From Acidobacteriaceae bacterium (lineage in GTDB: Bacteria > Acidobacteriota > Terriglobia > Terriglobales > Acidobacteriaceae): 56,528 bases of DNA. A program made the position numbers and the translations under genes. The notes under the pieces were generated by a model. It saw only the letters and a list, made by a program, of their open reading frames with translations, ran no database searches and was not told where the DNA came from. Location: contig PMGP01000449.1 in the NCBI GenBank assembly GCA_003156235.1, forward strand, positions 1 to 56,528, given 5' to 3'. This document shows, one piece after another, positions 27,283 to 38,307 of this stretch (position 1 is its first letter; each line of letters starts with the position of its first letter).

Positions 27283-28578
27283 CTACGGATGATTCGCTTC
27301 TTTTCTCAGCAATGCGTAAAGAAGCGGCTTTCCGGTTGGCTTCCGGCTGCCGCCATGCGGCTCCACGGTCACAAAGACCGCATCGATCTCCGCCAACTGT
27401 TTCGGATCATCAGACCGCAGCACCCAGCGGCGATTTGATTCGCTATCCATGTACAGAATGCCAAGATTCATGGGATGGGATTGCCCGTTCGGCTGGAAAT
27501 CTTTCTGCCCCCAAACCTGGAATACGCTGGCGTTTTTGACCCCCGGCTGGTGATCGAGGTCAAAGGCGTAAAACACCAGCGACTTGCTTTGCGTATAGAA
27601 CACACGGCCGAAAGGCTTGCGGGCGTGGCTGTTGCTATCCACATCGAAGACGTCGGCAATATAGAGCTTTCGCGCACCCATCAGCTCGCGAATATCGCGG
27701 TCCGAGGTCAGGTATTGTGCATCGTCCTTGAGGCGCCGCTCCTGATCCTGATTAGTTGCGCGCAGTTCCGTCAGCTCCGATTCCAGCGAAGACGTACGCA
27801 GAGAATAGCTGTCATGATCTGCACGTAGGCTGGAGTAATCAGCCTGCATGGTTTGGTACGCGCTTTCGCTGTCCGAGAGCCGCTTGGCAAGCTGGTTGCG
27901 TTCCCCGGCTAGCTGTTGAAGATCCGCTTCCCGCTTGCCGTTTCCGCTTCCGAGTTCGTTCACCTTCTCATTCGCAACGATCAACGCTGCGCGAAGCTGC
28001 GCAATCTCCTGGCGCTCATTCGAGATTTGTTTATCGAGATCCGAAATCTGCTCAGTTTGCGCGGCTGGAAAATCCGCAGACTCCTGCCTTTCCGGAACGG
28101 GATTTTGCTCTCGCTGGACCAGATTCGCGGATTGCCTCGGCGACACGAGATTTTTCCGTTCTCCCATCTGATACGCGCTCAATGTCAACGCGATGATCGC
28201 GCATGCCGCCAGAGAGGCTATCGCCAGCCGTCCTCCCGTAATCGACGGCATTAAGCTCCAGCCACGGCGCATCCTGCTTGTCTTGAAGGACAAGACTTGT
28301 TGTGTTCGCTGGTTGCGAATCGCCGTGGAGATATCTGCCCACGCTTTGCGGTTATCCCATCTCTGGGCTTCTTCCGTCAACGCATAGGCTTCCGGCAAGA
28401 AGGCCACGCCCTCTTTGCCGATCGCGGAGTATTGATGGTAGATTTCCCGGCACGCGCCGCAAATCTTTAGATGCTGCTCCAGTTCCAATTTTTCCCCGGC
28501 GCTGAGCGAGTCGGCCTGTGCCAGAGCGCAGAGCATCGTGAATTTCTCGTGATCGACGGGCCCTTCAGTTCTTTTCAT
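27283..28578 (-). CDS. Anti-sigma factor (zinc-finger HxxxCxxC, TM helix, coiled coil, RskA-like C-terminus)
   Basis: QHLKICGAC; hydrophobic segment; FQVWG and AVFVTVEPHGGS.KPTG; overlaps the sigma stop. Confidence 0.85.
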   Translation of the reverse strand: MKRTEGPVDHEKFTMLCALAQADSLSAGEKLELEQHLKICGACREIYHQYSAIGKEGVAFLPEAYALTEEAQRWDNRKAWADISTAIRNQRTQQVLSFKTSRMRRGWSLMPSITGGRLAIASLAACAIIALTLSAYQMGERKNLVSPRQSANLVQREQNPVPERQESADFPAAQTEQISDLDKQISNERQEIAQLRAALIVANEKVNELGSGNGKREADLQQLAGERNQLAKRLSDSESAYQTMQADYSSLRADHDSYSLRTSSLESELTELRATNQDQERRLKDDAQYLTSDRDIRELMGARKLYIADVFDVDSNSHARKPFGRVFYTQSKSLVFYAFDLDHQPGVKNASVFQVWGQKDFQPNGQSHPMNLGILYMDSESNRRWVLRSDDPKQLAEIDAVFVTVEPHGGSRKPTGKPLLYALLRKEANHP

Positions 28579-29206
28579 GTCGATGATTCCGTAGCCTTTC
28601 AACCACCGCGCTGTGGCGCAGCCGTTCGAGACCCCGATAAAAATGGTGACGTACATTCCCGAGGGGTTCATGAAGACGTTCACTGATTTCTCTCAGCTCC
28701 AGGTCTTCAAAATAGAACAATTTCAACGTTTCGCGCTGGCTCTCCGTCAATTCCTCGAATGCACATTGTAGGAGGTCGAAGTCAAGTTTCGCTCCAATCT
28801 CCCGTTCCACATCTGCCTTCCCCACCAGTGTACCGTCCAACCCGTCCGATTCAATATCCGTGCGGAGATAGAACCCCCTGCGCGAAAGGTGCATTTTCCT
28901 ATCGCGCGCCCGGCTATAGGCAACCTGAACAATCCACACCTTCGCGCTGCCACGGGTCGGTTCGAAAGACAATGCCTTTCGATAGATATACATGAAACAT
29001 TCCTGGACAATCTCCTCTGCCTCGCCGGCATCATGCAAGATGCGCAGCGCGATACTGTATACCAGCCTGGAGTGCCGGTTGAACAGTATATGCAAGGCAT
29101 CCGAATCCTCGGCGCGCAACAGCGCCATGAGCTTTTCATCGCTCAGATCCGGTACCTCAACAGGCCGGGTAACTGTATCCAGAGAGTTTTGCAGTGTATC
29201 CTGCAT
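28565..29206 (-). CDS. ECF sigma-70 factor
   Basis: SDEKLM, LVYSIALRIL, AEEIVQE, region 4 LTESQRETLKLFYFEDL..REI...GNVR; start uncertain. Confidence 0.92.
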   Translation of the reverse strand: MQDTLQNSLDTVTRPVEVPDLSDEKLMALLRAEDSDALHILFNRHSRLVYSIALRILHDAGEAEEIVQECFMYIYRKALSFEPTRGSAKVWIVQVAYSRARDRKMHLSRRGFYLRTDIESDGLDGTLVGKADVEREIGAKLDFDLLQCAFEELTESQRETLKLFYFEDLELREISERLHEPLGNVRHHFYRGLERLRHSAVVERLRNHRHEKN

Positions 29207-29424
29207 TTTTTCAATTCTTCGCACCGGGAGATATTCCAGCATCCCCGACAGTGCGATTCCTCTCACCGTATCTACGTCAGTGGCCAAAGAGAAAAACCTC
29301 ACGACAGCAAACTATACGCCAGCCAATAGAAGATAATCCAGGAAATAGTGGCCTCCGCCAGACCAAAAGATTGTTTATGTTCGGTGGTACAAATCTGCCG
29401 GCTGTGCCGTATGTATAATGGCTA

Positions 29425-32400
29425 TTGCCAAATCGGTTGATTTCTTGTCTCCAGCACTTTGGCTCATTACGACTTAGAGCCGCTTGTAAGCCTTTCGGGG
29501 GAGTAGTGCAAAACGGCGCCTCAGAACGGACTGGAAGGGCAACGCGCAGAGAGCTTGCCGCACTCCTGCTCCTGATGCTTTCTCCATTGATGATGCGGGG
29601 GCAATCAACCACCGCCTCCCTCACAGGAAGAATCAGCGACTCGCACAGGGCGGTTATCAGCACAGCCACAGTGCAAGTGATTAACACCAGCACTGGGATT
29701 CATTATCATGGCCTCACCAATGAGGCAGGCATATACTACGTCTCCGATCTGCCTCCGGGCGGGTACCGCATCGAGGTTGAGAAACTTGGGTTCATCGCGG
29801 TCATCGAATCCGGGATCATCCTTCACGTGCAGGACGCTCTCGAAGTGAATTTTGAAATGGAGCTCGGCTCCGCGTCGGAAAGCGTGACGGTGGCAGGCAG
29901 CGCGCCGAGCCTTGATACGGAATCTTCAAGCCTGGGCACCGTGGTTGAAAGTCGCGAAGCCAACGAGCTGCCCCTCAACGGACGCAACGTCTTCAACCTC
30001 ATCGCCCTCGCTCCTTCCGTCATTCCGCAAGGCAGCGCAACGGGAACGCCGGTGGGGGTAAACCCGTTTGGGTGGGGCAACTACCAGGTGAGCGGCGCTT
30101 TCGGCAATCAAAGCGTCGAGTATCTCGACGGGCAGCCTCTTAACATCACCTACATCAATCTGCCTATATTGATTCCCATCCAGGATTCGATTCAGGAGTT
30201 TAAAGTCCATACCGGCAACCTGCCCGCCGAGTGGGGCCGGTTCGCGGGCGGCGTTATCAACCTGAGCACCAAGGGCGGCACTCAGTCTTTGCGCGGCGAA
30301 CTTTACGAGTACCTGCGCAATCGAGTCTTCAACGCCAACGACTTCTTCCTCAAGCAAGCGGGTAAACCGCGGCCGCCTTGGGTGCAGAATCAGTTTGGAG
30401 CCGAAGTGGGAGGCCCGCTGAATCTCCACCCCTGCTGCCAGGCGAATCGAACCTTTTGGTTCGCAAATTGGGAGGGATTCAGGCTGCGCACCGGCACTCC
30501 CTTCACCGCTACGGTTCCAACCGAAACGGAGCGCGGAGGGAATTTTGCGGCGCTTGGTATGGCAATCATGGACCCGTGCGCAGGCAGCGTGCTGAATGCC
30601 CAAGGCGCCTGTCCCGCGAGCACTTCCGCGCCGTCGGCATTTCAAACTAATCTCATACCGCCGAATCGCATCAACCCGACATCCAACGCGCTTCTTTATC
30701 TTTGGCCGCTTCCCAACGCGCAGGGGACGATCACGCGTTCTGGAACCCTCAATAACTTCAATACCGTCGCCAACACAGGTGGAAATCAAAATCAGGTGGT
30801 TGGTCGCATGGATCGGGATATCACCGGAAAGCAGAAGCTCTTTGCCCGGTTCAGCTACTGGAATGTGCTCGATTTGCCCATCGACCCGCTGCACAACGGA
30901 CTGTGCGAGGATCGATGCCTGGAGAACTACGCAACCAAAGCTATGGCCGCGGGATACAACTACAGCATCAGTTCGATGACCATTTTCGACTTCAATGCCG
31001 GCATCAGCATTTTTTCCTATCTTCGATCTCCCACCAATGCAAACTTCGATCTGACTTCAATCGGATGGCCCGCCGCCTACAATGCGGCCATTCCCTCTAT
31101 CATGCGCACGCCCCCGACGCCGTGCGTCGCTGGCTTCGCCGATAACATCATGTGCTCCCAGGGGCAGAGCTTTATCAAGGATCGCAATACTCAATACAAT
31201 CTCTCTCCAAGCCTCACTATGGTGCGAGGCCGAAATCTATACCACATGGGCCTTCAACTGGAAACGAGCTACGATGACGCAGCGCAAACGAATATTGCCA
31301 GTGGGGCCTTCGACTTCTGCGGAGTTGGCGAACCTTGCTTTACCGGCGAGCCCATGGCCGATTTCTTATTGGGCTACGCTGACAATTTCAGCAATGTCAA
31401 CAACCATTATTCCGCTCAGGTGGTCGTTCCCGCATTCACCGCTGGCAAGCAGGTATATCGCGCGCTTTACTTCAACGACACATGGCGCGTAACCAATGCG
31501 CTTTCCCTGAATCTGGGACTCCGCTATGAGCTTCAAGGGCCGTGGTCCGAACGCCATAACCGCCTCTCCTATTTCGACCCCGGCGCAATAAGCTACATCA
31601 ATCAGTTTCTGCCGGCGGGATCTTCCCCTGTGATGGGAGACGCGTTTCTGGTTTCTTCAGGCCAGCGAAATAACATGCCCCTTGCCAAAGACAATATGTC
31701 GCCGCGCTTTGGCATTGCCTACAGCCTGTCTTCCACTACGGTAGTGCGCAGCGGATATGGAATTTTATGGATACCGGACTATATGTCGTACGCCTTGAAT
31801 CCCAGTAACGATATGGTGAATGCGGCTAGTACGACTTACACGGGAACGGTGGATGGAATCCATCCCTATAACACCATTTCCCTTCCTTTTCCAAAGGGAA
31901 TTTCCCCGCCGCCCGGTACTTCGCTCGGAACCGAGGGCACGCAACAGTTTCTTACCCAGGTGGTGCAATCGATCATCGAGGTTGACCGCGGCAACCACCC
32001 CCACGGATATATCCAGCAATGGAACCTAAGCATAGAGCAGCAATTGCCTGCGAAGTTCTCTTTTGTAGCAGCCTACGTAGGATCAAGGGGAACTCATCTG
32101 GCCCAATATTCACAGCAGATTAATCAGATTCCAGACAGCTTCTTCTCCGCGGCGGCGGCTCAGTTTACACAAGGGGGACGAGCTGCTGTCGCGCTGCTGA
32201 ATCTAACGCCGAATCCATTCTTTGTGAACGGAACAGCGCTGGCCCTTACGGCTCCCACCACGACAGCAGGGCAGCTCCTCAGGCCTTTTCCCCAATACAC
32301 CAGCGTGGAACTCGCGGGCCAGGGATCGTTTGACAGCATCTATCACTCATTCCAACTTACCGTGCAAAAGCGCTTTTCGGAGGGAGGCTCGCTTCTGGCA

Positions 32401-33105
32401 GCCTATACGAACTCGAAATTGATCAGCAATACGGATACCCTGACCGCCTGGCTTGAAAACGGCGTAGGACTGATACAGGATAACAACAACCTGCGGGGAG
32501 AGCGCTCGTTGTCCTCGCAAGATGTGCCCCAACGTTTGGTAGTCAGTTACGCAGTGGACCTTCCCTTCGGACAAGATAAGCATTTCCTGACCAATATTGG
32601 CCCCACTATGAATAAAATCATCGGAAACTGGGGCATTGATGGGGTAACTTCATTTCAACGCGGGTTCCCGTTAGTATTCAGCAGCGGCCAGGTAAATGAC
32701 GTAACTCTGTTCGGAGCAGGCTCGCGTCCGAACCTGCTGCCCTCCTGCCGCAAGTCCTCCTCCGCCAGCGGGAACGATCGTATTCAGGGCTGGTTCAATG
32801 AGGCCTGTTTCGCCGCGCCGTCCGACTTTACCTTTGGGACGGAGCCACGAGTCGATCCGACCTTGCGCTCCGATGGCGTGGATAATTTTGATGTGGCCGC
32901 GTTCAAGAAAATCTTGTTTGGTATGCAAGAGCGCCGCGGCTTCGAATTCCGCGTGGAGGTTTTCAACTTATTCAACCACAAACAGTTTGCACCGCCTAAC
33001 ACAACATGCTGTACGAGTAATAACGGCGACTTTGGCGTGGTCACCAGCACAGACCCCGGGACCAATCCGCGACTTATACAGTTCGCCTCGAAATTGTTTT
33101 TCTAA
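29425..33105 (+). CDS. TonB-dependent receptor, Oar-like (TBDR2), close paralog of TBDR1
   Basis: LPLNGRNVF, EYLDGQPLNI.YINLPILIP, LSLNLGLRYE, PRLIQFASKLFF; real start probably downstream of 29425. Confidence 0.92.
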   Translation: MPNRLISCLQHFGSLRLRAACKPFGGVVQNGASERTGRATRRELAALLLLMLSPLMMRGQSTTASLTGRISDSHRAVISTATVQVINTSTGIHYHGLTNEAGIYYVSDLPPGGYRIEVEKLGFIAVIESGIILHVQDALEVNFEMELGSASESVTVAGSAPSLDTESSSLGTVVESREANELPLNGRNVFNLIALAPSVIPQGSATGTPVGVNPFGWGNYQVSGAFGNQSVEYLDGQPLNITYINLPILIPIQDSIQEFKVHTGNLPAEWGRFAGGVINLSTKGGTQSLRGELYEYLRNRVFNANDFFLKQAGKPRPPWVQNQFGAEVGGPLNLHPCCQANRTFWFANWEGFRLRTGTPFTATVPTETERGGNFAALGMAIMDPCAGSVLNAQGACPASTSAPSAFQTNLIPPNRINPTSNALLYLWPLPNAQGTITRSGTLNNFNTVANTGGNQNQVVGRMDRDITGKQKLFARFSYWNVLDLPIDPLHNGLCEDRCLENYATKAMAAGYNYSISSMTIFDFNAGISIFSYLRSPTNANFDLTSIGWPAAYNAAIPSIMRTPPTPCVAGFADNIMCSQGQSFIKDRNTQYNLSPSLTMVRGRNLYHMGLQLETSYDDAAQTNIASGAFDFCGVGEPCFTGEPMADFLLGYADNFSNVNNHYSAQVVVPAFTAGKQVYRALYFNDTWRVTNALSLNLGLRYELQGPWSERHNRLSYFDPGAISYINQFLPAGSSPVMGDAFLVSSGQRNNMPLAKDNMSPRFGIAYSLSSTTVVRSGYGILWIPDYMSYALNPSNDMVNAASTTYTGTVDGIHPYNTISLPFPKGISPPPGTSLGTEGTQQFLTQVVQSIIEVDRGNHPHGYIQQWNLSIEQQLPAKFSFVAAYVGSRGTHLAQYSQQINQIPDSFFSAAAAQFTQGGRAAVALLNLTPNPFFVNGTALALTAPTTTAGQLLRPFPQYTSVELAGQGSFDSIYHSFQLTVQKRFSEGGSLLAAYTNSKLISNTDTLTAWLENGVGLIQDNNNLRGERSLSSQDVPQRLVVSYAVDLPFGQDKHFLTNIGPTMNKIIGNWGIDGVTSFQRGFPLVFSSGQVNDVTLFGAGSRPNLLPSCRKSSSASGNDRIQGWFNEACFAAPSDFTFGTEPRVDPTLRSDGVDNFDVAAFKKILFGMQERRGFEFRVEVFNLFNHKQFAPPNTTCCTSNNGDFGVVTSTDPGTNPRLIQFASKLFF

Positions 33106-33188
33106 TAGCTGCGGGTATTTTGCTGAAGGACAACTGAAAACCACGCCTCACAAGATAAGCTTCGCGCGACACACACATCGAATCGCCG

Positions 33189-34544
33189 CTACCAGAAATA
33201 ACTTGCCACCACCTGTGGGGGCCCTGCTTCGTTGTCCACAATGTTTGTATAGATCAGCAGTTCCATGTTCTTTGACTGCCAATCATGCGGCGCCTTCTTG
33301 GAAAACTCATCGAGATATTGAGGATTGGTGAGAAACTCGCCGGCTGCCTGCGTGCCATAGGGAAGCAACCCTGCGATGAAGATGATCGGCTGCCTGGTCT
33401 GCGGATCGAACGTTCTTGCCACCAGAGCGTAGTCTCCCGCCAGGTCAAGGCTGTCGAGACGCAGCGCTCCAATCTCCACTCCCGGCTTTTGCCGGTCCTC
33501 GATCCACCATATGTAGTTGTCGGGGTCCAACCCGAAATGGAAGCGCATGGGCTCCATCAGCCGCATGGTCCAATCGTTGTTGTAGGCCCCCAAAAGCACC
33601 GCTGGACCTTTCTGTAGATCCCCGAATGTGGTCGCCGCTTCTCCGCGTATGGAAAAGGCCTTTTTGTCCGCTCTCAGAATTCCTGCCACGTTGGCTAGCG
33701 TAATCGCATCCGTTAGCACGGCGATGGGAAACTTCTTCGGATAGTCGCTCTTGGGGTTCAGCGTCATCGGTGCGCTGAAAGGATTGCGCAATGCATTGGG
33801 ATCCAATTGAACCCGCGTCGCCCGCATCTGTCCCATGCACAAGAGCACCGGATTGGGGGAATTGATCACCGGCCCCCAAAACAAATCGAAGGCATCTTGC
33901 GCTTTGGGTTGGGATTGCCGGAACCATGTCCATGAAAGGACGGAGACAACAGCCAAGGCGACCACTGCCGCTATCCACCAAATCGTTGGGTGCGTCCATC
34001 GCGCGTTTTCCGCGGCTTGTACCTGTGTGGCTGCCGCCAGCTCCGGCTCGGCTTTGTCAGGGTGCTTGGGCACGCCCTCCTCTTCCGTGTGCAAAGGCGC
34101 GTCGACCGTACGAAACACAGGCGCATAGGAGCCGGTCGGCAACTCAATGCGTATCCTGAACTGGTTGGCGGGATCGTAATAGTACTGGGCCAGCTTCTTG
34201 CGCAACTCGCCTGCCGCCATGCGCACCACTGGGTCGCTGTTGGTGTCGTATGCGGCGTCGCGCTCAAAGACCGCGATGCCGACGTTGCGTTCTTTGAGCG
34301 AATCGGCGTTGCCCCGCAACGATTCCTCCACCACATAGCGCAGAAGCGTTTGGCAACGATGGCTGGAGTGGAATCGCGTACTGGCGAGCAGCCGGTGCAA
34401 TTCCTCGCGTATGGCTTCCTTTTCGTAGTCGGTCAACCGCATTGCGGAGCTACGGTGATGATCCGTAAGAACGGGTTCTTCGGTCGTTAATGCCAAGTCC
34501 GCAGACCTTCTATTAGTCATCGATACTCCCCGCGTGGGGATCAC
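33189..34544 (-). CDS. Membrane-anchored putative transcriptional regulator (N-terminal wHTH-like domain, TM, periplasmic domain)
   Basis: F.SS.R...LLRYVV...LKERNVGIAVF.R...YDT..D.VVR....LRKKL..YY...IELP.GSY.P, one TM helix; divergent from TBDR3. Confidence 0.7.
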   Translation of the reverse strand: MIPTRGVSMTNRRSADLALTTEEPVLTDHHRSSAMRLTDYEKEAIREELHRLLASTRFHSSHRCQTLLRYVVEESLRGNADSLKERNVGIAVFERDAAYDTNSDPVVRMAAGELRKKLAQYYYDPANQFRIRIELPTGSYAPVFRTVDAPLHTEEEGVPKHPDKAEPELAAATQVQAAENARWTHPTIWWIAAVVALAVVSVLSWTWFRQSQPKAQDAFDLFWGPVINSPNPVLLCMGQMRATRVQLDPNALRNPFSAPMTLNPKSDYPKKFPIAVLTDAITLANVAGILRADKKAFSIRGEAATTFGDLQKGPAVLLGAYNNDWTMRLMEPMRFHFGLDPDNYIWWIEDRQKPGVEIGALRLDSLDLAGDYALVARTFDPQTRQPIIFIAGLLPYGTQAAGEFLTNPQYLDEFSKKAPHDWQSKNMELLIYTNIVDNEAGPPQVVASYFW

Positions 34545-34812
34545 GCATTTCGGACGTAGTATACGTCCGGCTTCTGACCTCCGTCAACGACGTATTCTAC
34601 CTGGAATGGGAATTGCCGTGCATGCTTTATTATCAATCAGTTAAGTTATCTTCTCGCGCTCAGAAAAGGTTCAGATACGACCGAAACAACCAGAATCTAC
34701 CTTGCGCGCGCGTCTGCTGATCCAGCAGTATTGCGTTCGTCAGACAAAGCCCTCCGATTCCAGTTCCGAACGGAATCGCAGCTCGACTGGCAGAAATGAG
34801 GTTTGAGGCCAG

Positions 34813-37800
34813 ATGAAAATCCGCAAAGGTGTATGTACCCTGGCAAGGGTACACATTCTTATTCTTTTCCTTCTATTCGCCGCCGTCGGCACAATCACCG
34901 CACAGCAAACCACGGGCGACATCCTCGGCACGGTTACAGACAAGTCCGGCGCCGTTGTATCGGAAGCGTCCATCACGGTGGAGAATGTAGCTACCCATGA
35001 GTCCCGCACGGCCGTAACCTCGGCCAGTGGAGACTTCGTCGTCAATCTTCTGATCCCTGGAAACTACAAGGTTTCCGCCACCGCCGCGGGCTTTCAGAAG
35101 TTCGTGGTTTCTTCGGTGGTGTTGTCGGCCGGTGATCGCATTCGCGTGAACCCGCAAATGGCCGTAGGCAATGCCAGTGAAACGATCACCGTCGAGTCGG
35201 TGGCGTCGGTGCTCAAGACCGACAGTTCCGTGATCTCAACCACCATCACCCCCCAGCAGACCCAGGATCTGCCTTTGAACGGGCGCAACTTCGTTCAGCT
35301 AGCCCAATTGTCTGCCGGCGCCAACGAGGGACCTCAAAGCGCTCTTACCAACGGCTCCGAGCTCGACGACCGCCGGCAGTCCGCATCGATCTCAATCAAC
35401 GGCCAGTCCGACGTGCTGAACAACCAGATGATGGATGGCGCCGACAACAACGAGCGCCTGATCGGCACCACGGCGGTCCGCCCATCGGTCGAAGCCATCT
35501 CTGAAATGAGCGTGCAGTCCAATACCTACACGGCCGAGGTGGGGCGCACCGGCGGCGGCATCATCAATGTCATCACCAAATCCGGCACCAATCAGTTCCA
35601 CGGCAGTTTGTTTGAGTTCTTCCGCAACGACATATTCAACGCCAGTCCGTTCAACTTCGGCGCCAACCTGCCCAAACCGGAAGACCGCTGGAATCAGTAC
35701 GGGGCCAGCCTGGGCGGTCCTATCGTCAAAAACAAGACATTCTTTTTCGGCAATTACGAGAGCTATCGTTACATCCAAGGCACTGCGCCCGGCGTATACG
35801 CAGTGCCCACGGCGTGCGAAGAGGGAAAGACTACTGCATGTCCGACTCCGGGCAACTTCACCGACATCGGCGGCCCCAACCTCACCCTTACTCCGTCAGC
35901 GATCGATCCCGTCGGAGCCGACTACTTCAAGATGTATCCGGCGCCCAACTTAGGCGCCAACGAGTTCGTCGGCGGCTACAAGAACGTCCAGAACAGCACG
36001 GATTATGACGCGCGCGTCGACCACGCGTTTAACCCCAACAATCTGATGTACGCCCGCTTCGCGTACAACAACGTCTACACCGACTCACCCGGTCCTTTCC
36101 CCAAGGTCACCGTGGCTGGCATCTCGCTGGATCCAAATTTCATCGGCTATGCGTTGGGCAATGCCACCGATCTGGACTACAACGGCCTGGTGAACTACAT
36201 CCACACCTTCAACAGCAATCTTCTGTTAGAGCTCAAGGCGTCCTACACCCGCTCCAACAATCAGAGCTATCCCGACACCGATGGGCTAAATCCTAATTCT
36301 GCTTTCGGCCAGCCCAATGTGAACACGCCGATCAGCATGTCCACCGGCCTGGCGCCGGTCGTTGTGGCCACCGGCGCGAATCTGGGGCAGGTACTCTTCC
36401 AGCCGCTCAAGGATCAGGACAATACCTTCCAGTACCTTGGCGCCCTCACTTATACCCGTGGAAAGCACAATATCAAGGTGGGCGGCACCGTTATCCGCCG
36501 CCAGCTTACATCCTTCCAGAGCAGCTATCCGGAAGGACTTTGGGTCTTTATGGACTATTCGGACCTGATGCAAGGGCAGTATATGACCAATAGTGGGAGA
36601 TCCCTGCAAATGGCGCCCCCGCATCTGCGCGTGTGGGAGCCGGGATTCTACGTGCAGGATGACTGGCACGTTGCCCACAATCTTACGCTGAACCTGGGCC
36701 TGCGCTACGACCTATACACGCCCTACACGGAGACCCAGGATCGCATTTCCACCTGGGATCCCGTTACCGCAACTCTGTTGATCGCCGGGCAGAACGGAGT
36801 GTCGAACACGGCCGGCATCAAGACCGACTATCATGGGTTTGCGCCCCGCATCGGCTTTGCCTACACCGCCGCTCCCGGCTTTGTCATTCGCGGCGGCTTC
36901 GGCATCGGCTACTTCCCGATGAATACCACCTCGAACGCAAATATGAAGGATCCGCCCTTTGCGGACACACTCTCATCGTGCGGGTACGGCGGAACCTATC
37001 CCTGGGATGCACCAGCTTGCGGCGCCGGTTACACGACCTTTGCCGACGGCTTTCCGGCCATAGGCGTCCTACCACCCAACACGCCCGTCAGTACCATCCT
37101 CTCCGCCCCCGGCTCCTCCATTCCCGATGCCGTATCTCCCACCTTCCGCACCAGCTACATAGAGCAATTCAACCTTACGTTGCAGAAGGACTGGAGCGGC
37201 AACGTGCTTACCGCCAGCTACGTCGGCCTGCTTGGCCGTCAGCTCGTGGAGTTGCTGCCCGATTTGAATGCTCCGCCGCCGAACACTGCCGCCAATCCCA
37301 ACACGCTGCGTCCTTACTACAGCAAATACCCGAACCTGGGCACGATCGGCTTTATGCAGAGTGGCGGCATATCCAACTACAACTCATTGCAAACCTCCTT
37401 CGAGCGGCGCCTCAAGAATGGCCTCTCCTTCAATGTCAACTACACCTGGTCGCACGAACTGGATGACTCGACCGGCCTCAGCGAAGAGAATACGGGGACT
37501 ACCGGCGGCTACGGCACGGTTCCCAGCCAGATTCGGAAGCTCGACTACGGCAACAGCCCGCTCGATGTCCACCACCGCATCGCCGGCACGGCCAACTACG
37601 AGTTGCCTTTCGGCAAGTCGGCCAATGGCGCCCGCGGAATCGTGGAAAAGGGCTGGCATTTGAACGTCATCGATGTCTGGTCCACCGGAGCGGCTTTCAC
37701 GGTTGTCAACGACAACGATATCAGCGGAACGTATCCCGGAGGGAGCAACATGGATCGGCCCAACCAGGTTGGTTCATGGAAACTATCCGACCCGGGCATC

Positions 37801-38109
37801 GGCCCCAGCAAAGAATGGTTTAACACCGCCGCATTCCAAGCGCAGACGGCCGGTACGCTGGGCAACGAGCGGCGCGAGCAGCTCTTCGGGCCCCATTTCC
37901 GCCATTTGGACCTTTCGGCGTTCAAGGTCTTTCAGATCAATGAGCGCATGAATGTCGAGTTCCGCGCCGAGTCGTACAACTTGACCAATACCGCCAACTT
38001 CGCGTTGCCAAACAACTCCCTTGGCGGCTCATTCTTCGGGAGCGTCACAGGAATGACGTACCCCTACATACCTCGCGAGTTTCAGTTTGCGCTCAAGCTG
38101 AAGTTCTAG
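34813..38109 (+). CDS. TonB-dependent receptor, Oar-like (TBDR3)
   Basis: GTVTDKSGAVV, LPLNGRNF, TKSGTNQFHG, QDDW, LTLNLGLRYD, PREFQFALKLKF. Confidence 0.93.
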   Translation: MKIRKGVCTLARVHILILFLLFAAVGTITAQQTTGDILGTVTDKSGAVVSEASITVENVATHESRTAVTSASGDFVVNLLIPGNYKVSATAAGFQKFVVSSVVLSAGDRIRVNPQMAVGNASETITVESVASVLKTDSSVISTTITPQQTQDLPLNGRNFVQLAQLSAGANEGPQSALTNGSELDDRRQSASISINGQSDVLNNQMMDGADNNERLIGTTAVRPSVEAISEMSVQSNTYTAEVGRTGGGIINVITKSGTNQFHGSLFEFFRNDIFNASPFNFGANLPKPEDRWNQYGASLGGPIVKNKTFFFGNYESYRYIQGTAPGVYAVPTACEEGKTTACPTPGNFTDIGGPNLTLTPSAIDPVGADYFKMYPAPNLGANEFVGGYKNVQNSTDYDARVDHAFNPNNLMYARFAYNNVYTDSPGPFPKVTVAGISLDPNFIGYALGNATDLDYNGLVNYIHTFNSNLLLELKASYTRSNNQSYPDTDGLNPNSAFGQPNVNTPISMSTGLAPVVVATGANLGQVLFQPLKDQDNTFQYLGALTYTRGKHNIKVGGTVIRRQLTSFQSSYPEGLWVFMDYSDLMQGQYMTNSGRSLQMAPPHLRVWEPGFYVQDDWHVAHNLTLNLGLRYDLYTPYTETQDRISTWDPVTATLLIAGQNGVSNTAGIKTDYHGFAPRIGFAYTAAPGFVIRGGFGIGYFPMNTTSNANMKDPPFADTLSSCGYGGTYPWDAPACGAGYTTFADGFPAIGVLPPNTPVSTILSAPGSSIPDAVSPTFRTSYIEQFNLTLQKDWSGNVLTASYVGLLGRQLVELLPDLNAPPPNTAANPNTLRPYYSKYPNLGTIGFMQSGGISNYNSLQTSFERRLKNGLSFNVNYTWSHELDDSTGLSEENTGTTGGYGTVPSQIRKLDYGNSPLDVHHRIAGTANYELPFGKSANGARGIVEKGWHLNVIDVWSTGAAFTVVNDNDISGTYPGGSNMDRPNQVGSWKLSDPGIGPSKEWFNTAAFQAQTAGTLGNERREQLFGPHFRHLDLSAFKVFQINERMNVEFRAESYNLTNTANFALPNNSLGGSFFGSVTGMTYPYIPREFQFALKLKF

Positions 38110-38307
38110 GCCGCGCTTCACTCCGGATCTTGTCGATCCGCACAATAGACTGTGTCCGGCAACTCTCATCTGAAAGTTGCCGGACATAGTAAACGATGAA
38201 GAAGACCTACGCGCATTGCCGGCTGTACATAACAAAGCGCGCCTCATAACAAACACACAACAACCACGCAGCCGCAAGACAAAGCCGTTGCTGCGTTCAG
38301 ATTATCT

